A stretch of 64,000 bases of DNA from a virus (lineage: Duplodnaviria; Caudoviricetes). Below are positions 13,601 to 24,117 of the stretch, piece after piece (within the stretch, counting starts at the first letter, position 1; the number at the start of each line of letters is the position of its first letter). The notes under the pieces are model-generated. The model saw only the letters and a list, made by a program, of their open reading frames with translations, made no database searches and was not told the DNA's origin. The position numbers and the translations under genes were made by a program. The stretch lies in IMG/VR virus record IMGVR_UViG_3300044723_005784, positions 28,488 through 92,487 of that record, one strand, 5' to 3'.

Positions 13601-16600
13601 AATATCCTGGCAAAATATTGCAACATAGTGCAAGTAACATGCTTCCTCAGTACTTGCTTACAAGCAAAGATGTTAACTTTGAAACTGCAATGCGTTATGG
13701 TATGGAAGAATATACCCGATTTAAAACTAAGTTTTTGGATAACATAAACAAGTTAGATATTGATTTGCGTAATCCTAGTGAAGCAGTGGATACTATTATT
13801 AGCCATATGGCAGGAACCAAGACTGATACTTTCCCATTCTTTTATACGGATATGATTGCTTGGGGTAGTCAAAAAAACGTAGTTTATCACCAGATAGATG
13901 ATACCAAACAAAAAGAATTTGAATTTACTACAGAGTACAAAGAAAATACCGTCAGTGATCAATCTGTTCTAGTATATATTAAAAGAAATTATGAGTTTAT
14001 TCTACTAGTAAATGAACAGGATTACACAATTTTGACCGACAAGATTGCCATCCAATTAAGTAAAAACTACGTTACCCTAGTAGGTGATGAGTTACAAATT
14101 GTAGAGTATAATAATACCAATGGTAGTTTTGTGCCACCTACTCCAACTAAGATGGGGTTATGGCCCAAGTGGTATCCTCAAAAATACACTGACGATAGCT
14201 ACAGTAACAGTCAGACAGTTGTACAAGGGCATGACGGAAGTATCTGGGTAGGATATGGTGACATGCGAGACGATATCGTCCTGGAACTAGAAAAGCGTAT
14301 CTTTAATAATATAAAAACAAATTATACCAGAGATTTGTTTAATTGGGATGATGTTATTCCTGGCTATTTTAGAAATACACTAGAGGATAGAAATACATTT
14401 GTTAACATCTATAGAAAATATTTTGCTAGCTGGGCATACAAGAACAGACTAGACTATACAACCAACACTAGCTTTGATAAAGATGATTCCTTTACCTGGA
14501 ACTATTCTAATACCACGTTTACAAATAAGTGGAGACTTCCTGGTTACTGGAGAGGGGTATACCGTTGGCTATATGATACTGATACCCCACACAGCACCCC
14601 CTGGGAAATGTTTGGATATAAAATTAAACCCACCTGGTGGGAGCAACGTTATGGACCAGCACCATACACTGCCGGTAATACTGTGCTCTGGGAAGATTTG
14701 CGTGACGGTAAAATTTATGCAGACGGCACATCTACCACTTATACAGTAGATACTAAAATTAAACGTACTGACATACTAGATATGTTGCCTGTTGATGCAC
14801 AGGGCAACCTAGTAAGTCCTAACGATAGTGTTACGATTACCAGTGGTGGCGACAATGCCAATAGAAACAGTTGGACGATCGGTGACGCTGGTCCAGTGGA
14901 AAATGCTTGGATACGCAGTAGTGAGTGGGCGTTTACATGTCAAATTGCTGGTGCACTTATTAAGCCTAGTAAATATTTTACACTATTATTTGATACAAAT
15001 CTTTTTTCCTACAATGCAGATTACGATCAAATACTACAAAAAGATAGAACATATAGACCCAAAATAAATGACTTAAGAATTAATGGTGTAACAGTCAATG
15101 GTGTAGTTAATCGTGTGGAAGGTTACAACCAATTTTTAGAAAACTATATGACAGGTTATGGCAAAAATAAAAGTGACTTGCAAACACGTATACAAAACTT
15201 AACTCAAAATCTTGCATATAAGGTTGCAGGGTTTACGGATAAATCACAACTTAAAGTTATTATAGAAGTAGCGAGCCCTAGCAGTGTCAGTCAAAACATC
15301 TTTTTACCTGATGAAAACCTAGCAGTGCATCTACAGGAAAGCCAGCCACTTGATAGAGTGTTTTACAGTGGTGTTAATATTATTAAACGTATTAATGGTT
15401 ACGAAGTTAAAGGGTTTGATATAGATGATCCTGTTTTTAGAATTATACCAAGTCAGCGTAGTCAGAATGTAAGACTAAAGACCATTGGTTCTACAACATT
15501 TACACTTTATGATGACTTTAAAAGAGAAATTGCATTAGTACCATATAATACACTGTTTACAAGTATTAATCAGGTTGCAGACTTCCTTAATGCGTACAAT
15601 CGCTATCTTAACTATAAGGGTATTACCTTTGAATCACAAAATTCAAATGGCAAACTACTAGACTTTAATACTGGGATAGATGAATTTGGTCTTTGGATTG
15701 AACAAAACTGGGAACCTGGCACTGTGTTGAGTATCAGTCCAGGCCTACAACAACTCACTATTGACAGACCTCTTACAACAGTTGCTGATCTTTCTAAAAC
15801 TATTGCACTACGAAATAACAACAGTGCTCCTATCAAAGTAAAAGATTATAATGTTGAAAGAATCGATAATAAAACCATTGTGTCTGTTAACAACGAAAAC
15901 GAGTATATGTATAGTGCTAAATTGGATCCTGTGCAGTATGAACACGTACTTGTGTTTGATAACATTACAATCTTTAATGACATAATATATCAACCCTCAC
16001 TCGGTAACAGACAGGAACGACTTAAAATTGTTGGCACACGTAGCGGCAATTGGAATGGTACACTACAGGCACCCGGCAGTACACTAAGTCAGGACACTGT
16101 GGCCGTTTGGCAGTCACAACAGGATTACAAACGTGCAGATACAGTAAGTTTCAGAAACAAGATATATGTAGCAAGCAAAGATCATACCGGATCAATCACA
16201 TTTGATAATGCCAACTGGTTGCTTGTAAAAAACATGAAGTCAGGACTGTTACAAAACACAGCATCCAAAGCCAACAGTTTCCAAAGTTTTTATGATACTG
16301 ACAGTATCAATTTAGAAAGTGCTACAGACAAGGCAGGCAAAGGACAAATAGGATTTAGAAATAGAGAATATTTAGAAAATTTAGGCTTAGATGACACAAG
16401 TCAGATAAAATTCTATCAGGGCATGCTTAAAAATAAAGGCACCACAGCGGCCCTAGATAAACTTATCAAAGCTAAGTTAACCAATCTTGAGCAAGAAATT
16501 AATGTTTACGAAGAGTGGGGATTTAGAGTAGGCGAGTATGGAAGTATTGGCAGCAACCAGGTGATTGAACTTGAAATTGATGAAGCCAATGCACAGAAAA

Positions 16601-19600
16601 ATCCATTTAATTTGCAACTTATTGACAATGGCGAGGCTGTAGACGCTGATGTTATTGGAGTTATAGAAAAAAGCATATACAAAAAACCCGATAACTATAC
16701 TAAAAATATTTTCCTCGATAGGGGCACCGGTACATTTAAAAATGACTTACTAAGCGCAGGTTTCCCTAGACTAGATGATGTAGACTTTACTGTATTCAGT
16801 ATTGACGATTTAGAGACAGAACTTACAGAAAATATAGATACAATTGGCCGTGCTGATAAAATATGGATTGCTAGCCGTAATAGCACATGGGATATGTTGC
16901 GTGTCAGTGAAACAGCAGTAAATATTATAACTGTTGAACAAAATGTAGAACCACAGATTACTTTTAGTACAGATGGTAATCATGGACTTGTTAAAGGCGA
17001 TTACGTTATTGTTAAAGGAAGTAACATTGTTAAAGGGTGTTACAAAATAATTAGTGTGCAATCCCCCACGCAATTTACTGTCATTGACGAGAATTTAACT
17101 GTTGATGCCATTAATAACACACTGCTGCCGTTGTTTAAATTAGAAAGTGTGCGTTATGCCACTCCTAACCTAATTTCAACAACTAATCCACTTTATGGTT
17201 GGGCGCCTAACGAAAAGATTTGGGTAGATTCTACTAGTACAGGAAAATGGGCAGTATTTAACAAACGCAATCCATATGATGCAAGCACGCAAATTAGTGC
17301 AAACAGTATTAGTGCTAGTGATCAACAAGGCGCTAGTGTAGATGTTAGTGCGGATGGGCTGACTTTTATATCAGGAAGTCCAGGCAGAACAACTGTTGTA
17401 AACTTTGCCAAAGATGAAAATGGTACGTTTAATGAAACAGGCGAAAAAACTATTAGTAGTATTAGTAGTACGCTGGACGGGTTTGCAGATAGTGTAGCTT
17501 ATGGTAAAGAATGGGTAGCAGTTGGTGCTCCTAGTACAGATACAAACAGGGGCGCAGTATTCATTTACAACAGAACCACAACAGGTGACATTAATATTAA
17601 ACAAGCCATTGTTCCTAGTATTGGGGCACAAAATGATGAGTTTGGCTATAGTTTAGCAATTAGTAATGATGATAGATTTTTATTTGTTGGATCACCTGGC
17701 AGTGACGAAGTATATATGTATAGTTTGACTACTCATGCAGATACTGAAGATAATATTGCAACACTTACATGTGATGGAAGTACTACTACTTACGCTCTTG
17801 GGTTTACTCCTGTTGGTGGAGACGAATTACTAGTACAGGATAGAAACGGAAAAACTTATCTAAACGTAACTGACTATACTGTTAGCGGAAGCAATATAAC
17901 GTTCAATAGTGTTCCAGTTGCTAGTCTTGTCGTTGTTGTTAGGCGCAGTAGTCACTTTAAGTTCCTACACCGAATTAGCGGCACAGCTTCAAGCAGATTT
18001 GGCCACAGTATTGCAGTAGATGCTATTGGACAAACCCTAGTAGTTGGAGCACCGCACGATAGTTCTAGTGTTAACAAAGCAGGCAGTATTAGCATTTACC
18101 ATCAAGAGATTGAAAGATTTATTGGTGATGGCACCACAACAGATTTTACTACTACAGGTACTATTCCAACCAATATGGAATTTATTGAAGTAAACGGAAC
18201 AACACTTATTCCGGCAGACGGAGCTTTTGGCGGATTTACTAGCGACAGTAGTGCAAATAGATACCGACGAAGTGGAAATACTATTAGTACACAATTTATT
18301 CCCAGTACTGGAGATATAATTGAAGTATATATTGGACAGTGGAATAAAGTACAAGATAGTGCACAAGGTGATGATTATGGATTGTTAGCAAGTGAACTAA
18401 AATCGGACTCAGAGTTGTTTGGCTGGAGTGTTAGTATAGACACATATGGTGCAATAATTGCTGTTGGTGCGCCTGGTGAAGATAGTGTTAATGTAAACAC
18501 CGGATCTGTTTACGTCTTTATAGACGAAGCACGGAGATTTGGCAACACCACAACAAAAGCAACTAGTTTTGATACTGACTCTGGCAGTACTATCTTTATT
18601 AACAACGTAGAAGTTGCACTAACTAATACAAGTGATCCTGCCACAGTTAAAGCAACTATTGATGCTAAAAATATTAGTGAAGTAACAACTAGTGTTGCAG
18701 GAAATCTACTAACAATTAGTAGTACAAATAAAACAACGAATAATAAGCTAAGTGTGCGGCCTGGCACTGGTGCTGACTATGAGAGTACTAGTAAATTAAA
18801 CTTTGAACCTTTTGTAATGGCACAACGATTTAATAATCCAAATGGTAGCGATAATGAGAACTTTGGTTTAGATGTAAGATTTGACAGATTTGTTCCTGTT
18901 GGAAATGATGCAGAGCAAACTCTAGTAGTATCGAGTGACCGTGCAACTACACTGTTGTCAACAAGATTTGATGTTGTTGACACCGCTGACACAACAACAT
19001 TCGATAATGGCAGCACTCAGTATATAGAAAATGTTAACGAAAGTGGTGCTGCATATGTGTATGCACTATTAGAACCAGCCGGAGTTGCTGGCGTAAATAA
19101 CAGTCCACTATATGCATACGGACAACAGTTGCGTAGTACAACGATTGACCAATTTGACAGTTTTGGCTGCGCAATTGCTGTATTAGATAACAGGATTTAT
19201 GTAGGTAGTAAAAACGACGACCAGTTCAAAACAAATGGCGGTAGTACTTATGAATTTACTAATACTACTAGAACCGCAGTATGGAATATGCTGCGTACTC
19301 AAGATGATAAAGTAGACATTGGCAGTATCAACAGAGTTATTACATATGATAAACGCAATCAGCAAATTATAAGTTTTCTTGATACTATAGACATTGCCAA
19401 AGGTAAACTACCAGGACGGGCCCAGGCAGAGCTAGATTTTATAACAGAGTACGATCCCGCAATTTATAGTATTGGCAACAGTACTCGCTTACAGGTCAAT
19501 ACCAATAATGCCTGGAATAATGAATACGTTAGCAAAACTTGGTGGGATATTACCCAGTGCCGTATTTTAGATTACGAACAAGGTGAATTAGCATATCGTA

Positions 19601-22600
19601 GAAATAATTGGAATGCGTTCTTCCCAGGAAGCGAAATTGTAGTTTGCGAATGGGTAGAAAGTCAGGTATTACCAAGCGAATATGTTGCCAATGGTGGCGA
19701 AGGTGTTCCACTATATCCAGATGACAGTGCTTACAGCCAAAATCTACAATTCAATAGTATTAGTAATACTACTAAGACACTTTACTATTATTGGGTAACA
19801 AACAAAGACAGTTATCCAAATAACGATATTCGTACAATGAGCACAAATAGTGTTGAAGCCCAGATCACTGATCCAGTTGCTGCCGGCATCAAGTTTATGA
19901 GCTTGATTGGTCAGAATGCAATGATGTTTAATAATATAAAACCTGATCTTAAAGATAAAAATACTATTGTTGCTATAAATTATGATAAACTCCTAAATGA
20001 CGGAGTGCTACATAGTGAATTTGATTTAGTTGCTGAAGACGACCCAGACCAAATTATACCTATTAGAATCTGGAATAAAATTGTAGATAGCATGTCAGGC
20101 GCAGATATCCAGAGTAACATTATCCCAGATCCCACACTGAGTGCTGGCGAAAAATACGGAATAGGCATACGTCCAAGACAAACAATGTTTGTTAATAGAC
20201 AAGAAGCTGCTAAAGTGATGGTAGATTTTGTTAATAAAGAATTTGCAAAGTTGCCAATTGTGCGTAACAATGTTATTACTGGCTTTACGGTAAGCGATCC
20301 AATCCCAACAAAAAATAGTGGGGAATGGAATCAGAAAGTTGCTGATATAACAACTAGAGATTATTTAAACACTGAAATACTTAGTGCAGGATATCTAGTG
20401 TTAGTGGAACAAGATACTAACTTTGATAACCAGTGGACAATATATATTCTTGAGGGTGAAGGAGATCAGAAATCCTGGGCCCTACGCAAAATACAAGGAT
20501 ATGACACTGCTCGCTACTGGGATTACGTAACTTGGTATGCAACCGGTTATGATGTGCATACAGTTCCTAACTATCAGGTAACTAACGAACCACAGTTATT
20601 AACACTTACACAAGCAACAGAAGGACAGATTGCAAAAGTACTTTCCAATGATGATGGCAACTTTAGTTTGTTTTGTAAAAAAGGTGGTAATTGGGTCGAG
20701 GTTGTTATTGAACGTGGCACAATAAAACTACGTGATACTATCTGGGACTATAGTAATGCCAATTATGGTAGTTATGTTGGTTATGATAATAGCAACTTTG
20801 ACTTTGGGCAATTTGATAGAATCCCACAGATTGAATTACGCCAACTATTAAACACCATTAAAAATGATATCTTTATTAATGAACAACGGCTACTTTTTAA
20901 CACACTATTCTTTAGATTAATTGAGTATAGTCTACATGAACAAAACTTTGGTGTTGATTGGGTATTTAAAAGCAGCTTTATTAAAACTATACACAAACAG
21001 AGAGATCTAAATCAATATCCTACATATAAAAACGATAACAGTCTGTTCATTGAACAGTTTATTCAAGAAGTAAAGCCGTACCATACTAAAATTAGAGAAT
21101 ACATCACAGCATATGACGGAAATGACAATTTTAACGGAGACATAACAGACTTTGACGTTCATACATTTTACGATGAGAAATTGGGATACTTCCGCAAGCC
21201 AAGTGGGGACTACCAAGGCGATAATATTACAAGGATTGCCGGTGTCAACAAGCCCTGGGCTGACAACTACGGCTATTACCTAAACACAGTAGAAATATAT
21301 GCTGCCGGCACAGGCTACACATCTAATCCTGAAGTAACAGTGAGTTTACCAGATTTAGTTGGAGGCACACAAGCAACTGTACAGGCAATCTCAAACGGTG
21401 ATAGTATTGTTAGCGCACAGGTGCTAAACAAAGGAAGTGGCTATACCAAGACCCCAACAATAACAATTAACACTGGTACAGCAGGTACAGGTTGTGTATT
21501 ACTCCCACGTATTAAAAATGACACACACCGTGAATTTGATACGACACTTAAATTTGACAGGATTACATACAGTAGTAATATTAAAACATGGTCGGCTAAC
21601 ACTGCATTTGAGTATGAAGATTTAGTAGTATATCAAAACCCAGACACAAAAGTGCAGGAACTTTATCAAGTCCACGTAACGGGCGGAACAACGACAGGTG
21701 CTACGTTTAGTACTGAAGATAGCACAGGTACAGTAGTATTTGTTGCATACGCTGACGAAAATGTAGCAAGTGCAGCAGATAGAATAGAGGCATACTATGT
21801 ACCATCAACTGGAATGATTGGTGATGATTTAGCTCTACTACAAGAAGGCACTGATTACACTAGCACAAGAGTTGGCGGGGTAGGCTTTGATAAAGAGCCA
21901 GGATTTGACAGTGCAAACTTTGACACATTAGGTTTTGACGATTTTGAAATTGATGTGGATGGATTACGTGTGCTCAGTGGTCAAAGTGCATTTGATACTA
22001 CAATAAGCAGTACATTTAAAGACCTTGCACTAGGTACACGCCCAGAAGATATTAACATAGATGGCGGCGCTTTTGTAGACGAATACAATAGTCATGCACC
22101 AGAAGAAGTTGTACCAGGCAGAGTATTTGATACACTCGATATGGAGGTTTATACTGATCCAAGTGATGACTTTGAAGCCGACGGTAATAGTTTCCCAATT
22201 ACTTACAGAACATATTTAGGTGACGGTAGCACTAAACGATTTAATTATGCAGGCGATATACAAGCAGATCAGGTTACACTAGTAATTGCTTATTTAGGTA
22301 GCACGCCAGAGCGTAACTTTACTATTGATTATGAAACTAGAGAACTAGTATTTGATACTGCTCCGGCAGCCAATAGTAATATTTTTATATACGGGTACGG
22401 ATCAACAGGCGAAAAACTAACACATGAAGAAACAATTATTGCAGATGGTAGTACACTAGCATATGCTCTTGCAATTCCATTTACTCGTGTAGCACAAATG
22501 CAAGTACTAGTGGATGGCCAAGAAACAACAGACTTTACATTTACAGAGGTAGATGGACGCACAGTTGTGTCATTTATAAGTATAGTTCCTGGAAACGGAC

Positions 22601-24084
22601 AAGAGTTGCATTTCCTTACAAGCTCACTCGCTGCTGGCAGACTGCCATTTACAACGCCAGTACAAAAGACATTTACTTTAGATGGCAGTAATAGAACAAT
22701 TGCTATTGGTGAAACTGTACAGTATGGAGAACCACTAGAAGGTAATATTATTGTAGAGCTCAACGGTATAAGACTTACTCCAACAAATGCTAGCCACTAC
22801 ACATTAGATGGTAGTACGACATACTATAGAGCACCAATTAGTAAAGGTGAAACAATTGCAAATACAATTGATGGACAGATTGGTGTTACACATATTAAAA
22901 AGAGTACAAACCAAACAGTAAACCTTGACAGATATCAGGACTATAATATAACTACACTGGCTGAGGCATTTGACGTTACGGCAGATAGCAGTGTAACTAC
23001 TGTAGACGCTGATAGTGTTACTGCTGACCAAGATGGCAGCGGCACAGATTACCGTGCAGTTCAATTAAACAGTGCACTCACATCTGGTGATAGCCTAATT
23101 GTTTATTATAACAATGGTGAATACACTACAGACGGCACCAACCTTTATATTAACGAAGAGATTAGTATTAGTAATGGTGACGAACTAGTAGTAACAATGT
23201 TTAGTAACCATGATCCGCTTAGAATACAAACACAGGTATTCAAAGGGTTGGGCACTGATATTACAACTGTTGCTTTTGATTATGATGGAAATGCTTACGA
23301 TAGCAACATCTATGATGGACTAACAGAATCTGGCACCGCACAGGCAAGATATAGTTTAGATAGAACGCTTACAGCAACTAGTAACCTTAACTATCTCTGG
23401 GTTACAGTTAATGGTACAAAATTGCATCCAGGACAATATGGTGTAGATGGCACAGGTAGACTTGATCTAAGTAACTTTGATGGTGTAACCTTGGATGCTG
23501 ACAGTATCATTACTATAACTAGTATTAGTGAAAATATAGTGCAGCCAACAACAGGATTTAGAGTATTCTATAACATGTTAGGCGAAACTGAGTACTTTAG
23601 ACTTTGTGCAGACACATCAACTAAACTTAGCGTGGAACTTAAACCTGCAGATACAAGAGTTTATGTCAGTAATGCGAGCGTTCTAACTCAAGTAACACCA
23701 ACCAGTCAATACCCTGGAGTGCTATTTGTAGGTAACGAGCGCATTACATATTGGGAAATTGACACTACCAATAATTATGTTACAAATATTAGACGTGGCA
23801 CAGGCGGAACAAGGTTTGCTACAGAACATAGAGTAGGAACAACAGTTGTTAATAGTAGCGAAGACGAACGTTTACCACAAATAAACACTCACACAAATAC
23901 CTGGTATGATCTAGGAACAGGAACGGCTGCAAACGGGCTTGGCTTGCAACAATCTGCTGGTTTAAATGCACAATTCCTCAAGGACTGTGAAGCGATTATA
24001 CCAAATTATCTAGTAGAACTCAGTGCTAATAGTTATATTGTAGATGGTTATGTTGCCGAGGGCTACATTGAGGAACAACAATAA
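10648..24084 (+). CDS. Giant (4478 aa) virion/baseplate structural protein with FG-GAP propeller repeats
   Basis: Follows gp6; gp7-like VKPYHTKIRE motif; FG.S.A...VGAP repeats; GDGST-type small beta domains. Confidence 0.7.
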   Translation: MATRKSSTLLPEIFRSSKNKKFLNATLDQLISEPAPVKINSYIGRKNSAGYVVGDGYLQETTVERQNFQLEPAVIYKDSNKKIDSVHMYTDMLNAVNYYNGNSTKTTDLFAQDYYNWSGFVDYDKLVNYGEYFWLPEGPDSVQVFSSAVDTQDSFKVLRESVNYERYPFDSTNFDAQPFDGVTTDIAVGEPFYRFDDVTSNPNPTLYLARGGEYTFEVEQEGVPFWIQTERGLSGESTTQGNVSTREVAGVTNNGAEVGTITWRVPTIDSQNSLVEMVQQHTVDFATHHTYKELQNRVLSDFFAEHQTGIDGVTQIDGKTIIFATTNPDADEWEQGSLYDSYGYDSNTDPVTLAPGSFDTTTTLTFDERYGVFRVNIVNISGTDTIQLTRLADIDRLKKVGVKSGVNYGNREFERTAEGFLQLIPPITAIQDTLFYQDGVDANRFGKIVLVDPGNNAKINVVDDILGQPSYASPNGVNFINGLKVEFNSDVIPSTYAGEWYVEGVGTEIQLVNVDSLKTPEPYSETLVNGYDSDLFDNGGLEQTKDAPILQDYILINRASSDLNAWSRYNRWFHRRVIEATATLNGFNPTIEETARAKRPIIEFDAGLQLFNYGTNGKRYVDVIDVTQTDALSNVNGAVGYFSEQFNLTPGVTVVFTQDLDTRQNVYQVKKVDEDNDSTTSKIIVLERIDTIEPGDVLVSNFGAGVQGKAYHFKDTTSGWVSAQQKTKINQEPLFDIFDATHTSFSDGTRYPSSTFVGNKLLSYKRATTGSADTKLGFALTYKNFDSIGDIVFENNYIKDTFQYTKSDTGATNLIVKSGHVHKFKKQSDGTTKRTLENGWRKVMRPSEQWQIVQYDVDTEFYSFEIGSAKTEMSGFSTLKVYLNNLFVDPSKYTEVTINDKYFVTFTDALNKGDVVTIKVISSTVNSLGYYAVPLNLENNANNEDFTEITVGQARNHLTELATNIPTLVGNSLGSNNIRDIDYKKYPGKILQHSASNMLPQYLLTSKDVNFETAMRYGMEEYTRFKTKFLDNINKLDIDLRNPSEAVDTIISHMAGTKTDTFPFFYTDMIAWGSQKNVVYHQIDDTKQKEFEFTTEYKENTVSDQSVLVYIKRNYEFILLVNEQDYTILTDKIAIQLSKNYVTLVGDELQIVEYNNTNGSFVPPTPTKMGLWPKWYPQKYTDDSYSNSQTVVQGHDGSIWVGYGDMRDDIVLELEKRIFNNIKTNYTRDLFNWDDVIPGYFRNTLEDRNTFVNIYRKYFASWAYKNRLDYTTNTSFDKDDSFTWNYSNTTFTNKWRLPGYWRGVYRWLYDTDTPHSTPWEMFGYKIKPTWWEQRYGPAPYTAGNTVLWEDLRDGKIYADGTSTTYTVDTKIKRTDILDMLPVDAQGNLVSPNDSVTITSGGDNANRNSWTIGDAGPVENAWIRSSEWAFTCQIAGALIKPSKYFTLLFDTNLFSYNADYDQILQKDRTYRPKINDLRINGVTVNGVVNRVEGYNQFLENYMTGYGKNKSDLQTRIQNLTQNLAYKVAGFTDKSQLKVIIEVASPSSVSQNIFLPDENLAVHLQESQPLDRVFYSGVNIIKRINGYEVKGFDIDDPVFRIIPSQRSQNVRLKTIGSTTFTLYDDFKREIALVPYNTLFTSINQVADFLNAYNRYLNYKGITFESQNSNGKLLDFNTGIDEFGLWIEQNWEPGTVLSISPGLQQLTIDRPLTTVADLSKTIALRNNNSAPIKVKDYNVERIDNKTIVSVNNENEYMYSAKLDPVQYEHVLVFDNITIFNDIIYQPSLGNRQERLKIVGTRSGNWNGTLQAPGSTLSQDTVAVWQSQQDYKRADTVSFRNKIYVASKDHTGSITFDNANWLLVKNMKSGLLQNTASKANSFQSFYDTDSINLESATDKAGKGQIGFRNREYLENLGLDDTSQIKFYQGMLKNKGTTAALDKLIKAKLTNLEQEINVYEEWGFRVGEYGSIGSNQVIELEIDEANAQKNPFNLQLIDNGEAVDADVIGVIEKSIYKKPDNYTKNIFLDRGTGTFKNDLLSAGFPRLDDVDFTVFSIDDLETELTENIDTIGRADKIWIASRNSTWDMLRVSETAVNIITVEQNVEPQITFSTDGNHGLVKGDYVIVKGSNIVKGCYKIISVQSPTQFTVIDENLTVDAINNTLLPLFKLESVRYATPNLISTTNPLYGWAPNEKIWVDSTSTGKWAVFNKRNPYDASTQISANSISASDQQGASVDVSADGLTFISGSPGRTTVVNFAKDENGTFNETGEKTISSISSTLDGFADSVAYGKEWVAVGAPSTDTNRGAVFIYNRTTTGDINIKQAIVPSIGAQNDEFGYSLAISNDDRFLFVGSPGSDEVYMYSLTTHADTEDNIATLTCDGSTTTYALGFTPVGGDELLVQDRNGKTYLNVTDYTVSGSNITFNSVPVASLVVVVRRSSHFKFLHRISGTASSRFGHSIAVDAIGQTLVVGAPHDSSSVNKAGSISIYHQEIERFIGDGTTTDFTTTGTIPTNMEFIEVNGTTLIPADGAFGGFTSDSSANRYRRSGNTISTQFIPSTGDIIEVYIGQWNKVQDSAQGDDYGLLASELKSDSELFGWSVSIDTYGAIIAVGAPGEDSVNVNTGSVYVFIDEARRFGNTTTKATSFDTDSGSTIFINNVEVALTNTSDPATVKATIDAKNISEVTTSVAGNLLTISSTNKTTNNKLSVRPGTGADYESTSKLNFEPFVMAQRFNNPNGSDNENFGLDVRFDRFVPVGNDAEQTLVVSSDRATTLLSTRFDVVDTADTTTFDNGSTQYIENVNESGAAYVYALLEPAGVAGVNNSPLYAYGQQLRSTTIDQFDSFGCAIAVLDNRIYVGSKNDDQFKTNGGSTYEFTNTTRTAVWNMLRTQDDKVDIGSINRVITYDKRNQQIISFLDTIDIAKGKLPGRAQAELDFITEYDPAIYSIGNSTRLQVNTNNAWNNEYVSKTWWDITQCRILDYEQGELAYRRNNWNAFFPGSEIVVCEWVESQVLPSEYVANGGEGVPLYPDDSAYSQNLQFNSISNTTKTLYYYWVTNKDSYPNNDIRTMSTNSVEAQITDPVAAGIKFMSLIGQNAMMFNNIKPDLKDKNTIVAINYDKLLNDGVLHSEFDLVAEDDPDQIIPIRIWNKIVDSMSGADIQSNIIPDPTLSAGEKYGIGIRPRQTMFVNRQEAAKVMVDFVNKEFAKLPIVRNNVITGFTVSDPIPTKNSGEWNQKVADITTRDYLNTEILSAGYLVLVEQDTNFDNQWTIYILEGEGDQKSWALRKIQGYDTARYWDYVTWYATGYDVHTVPNYQVTNEPQLLTLTQATEGQIAKVLSNDDGNFSLFCKKGGNWVEVVIERGTIKLRDTIWDYSNANYGSYVGYDNSNFDFGQFDRIPQIELRQLLNTIKNDIFINEQRLLFNTLFFRLIEYSLHEQNFGVDWVFKSSFIKTIHKQRDLNQYPTYKNDNSLFIEQFIQEVKPYHTKIREYITAYDGNDNFNGDITDFDVHTFYDEKLGYFRKPSGDYQGDNITRIAGVNKPWADNYGYYLNTVEIYAAGTGYTSNPEVTVSLPDLVGGTQATVQAISNGDSIVSAQVLNKGSGYTKTPTITINTGTAGTGCVLLPRIKNDTHREFDTTLKFDRITYSSNIKTWSANTAFEYEDLVVYQNPDTKVQELYQVHVTGGTTTGATFSTEDSTGTVVFVAYADENVASAADRIEAYYVPSTGMIGDDLALLQEGTDYTSTRVGGVGFDKEPGFDSANFDTLGFDDFEIDVDGLRVLSGQSAFDTTISSTFKDLALGTRPEDINIDGGAFVDEYNSHAPEEVVPGRVFDTLDMEVYTDPSDDFEADGNSFPITYRTYLGDGSTKRFNYAGDIQADQVTLVIAYLGSTPERNFTIDYETRELVFDTAPAANSNIFIYGYGSTGEKLTHEETIIADGSTLAYALAIPFTRVAQMQVLVDGQETTDFTFTEVDGRTVVSFISIVPGNGQELHFLTSSLAAGRLPFTTPVQKTFTLDGSNRTIAIGETVQYGEPLEGNIIVELNGIRLTPTNASHYTLDGSTTYYRAPISKGETIANTIDGQIGVTHIKKSTNQTVNLDRYQDYNITTLAEAFDVTADSSVTTVDADSVTADQDGSGTDYRAVQLNSALTSGDSLIVYYNNGEYTTDGTNLYINEEISISNGDELVVTMFSNHDPLRIQTQVFKGLGTDITTVAFDYDGNAYDSNIYDGLTESGTAQARYSLDRTLTATSNLNYLWVTVNGTKLHPGQYGVDGTGRLDLSNFDGVTLDADSIITITSISENIVQPTTGFRVFYNMLGETEYFRLCADTSTKLSVELKPADTRVYVSNASVLTQVTPTSQYPGVLFVGNERITYWEIDTTNNYVTNIRRGTGGTRFATEHRVGTTVVNSSEDERLPQINTHTNTWYDLGTGTAANGLGLQQSAGLNAQFLKDCEAIIPNYLVELSANSYIVDGYVAEGYIEEQQ

Positions 24085-24090
24085 AATGGA

Positions 24091-24098
24091 AATAAATA
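24091..24098 (+). promoter_or_regulatory. Late-promoter-like AATAAATA
   Basis: Intergenic TAAATA core upstream of the fibre gene. Confidence 0.45.
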
Positions 24099-24117
24099 AC
24101 ATAAAGGTTAACCTAAA

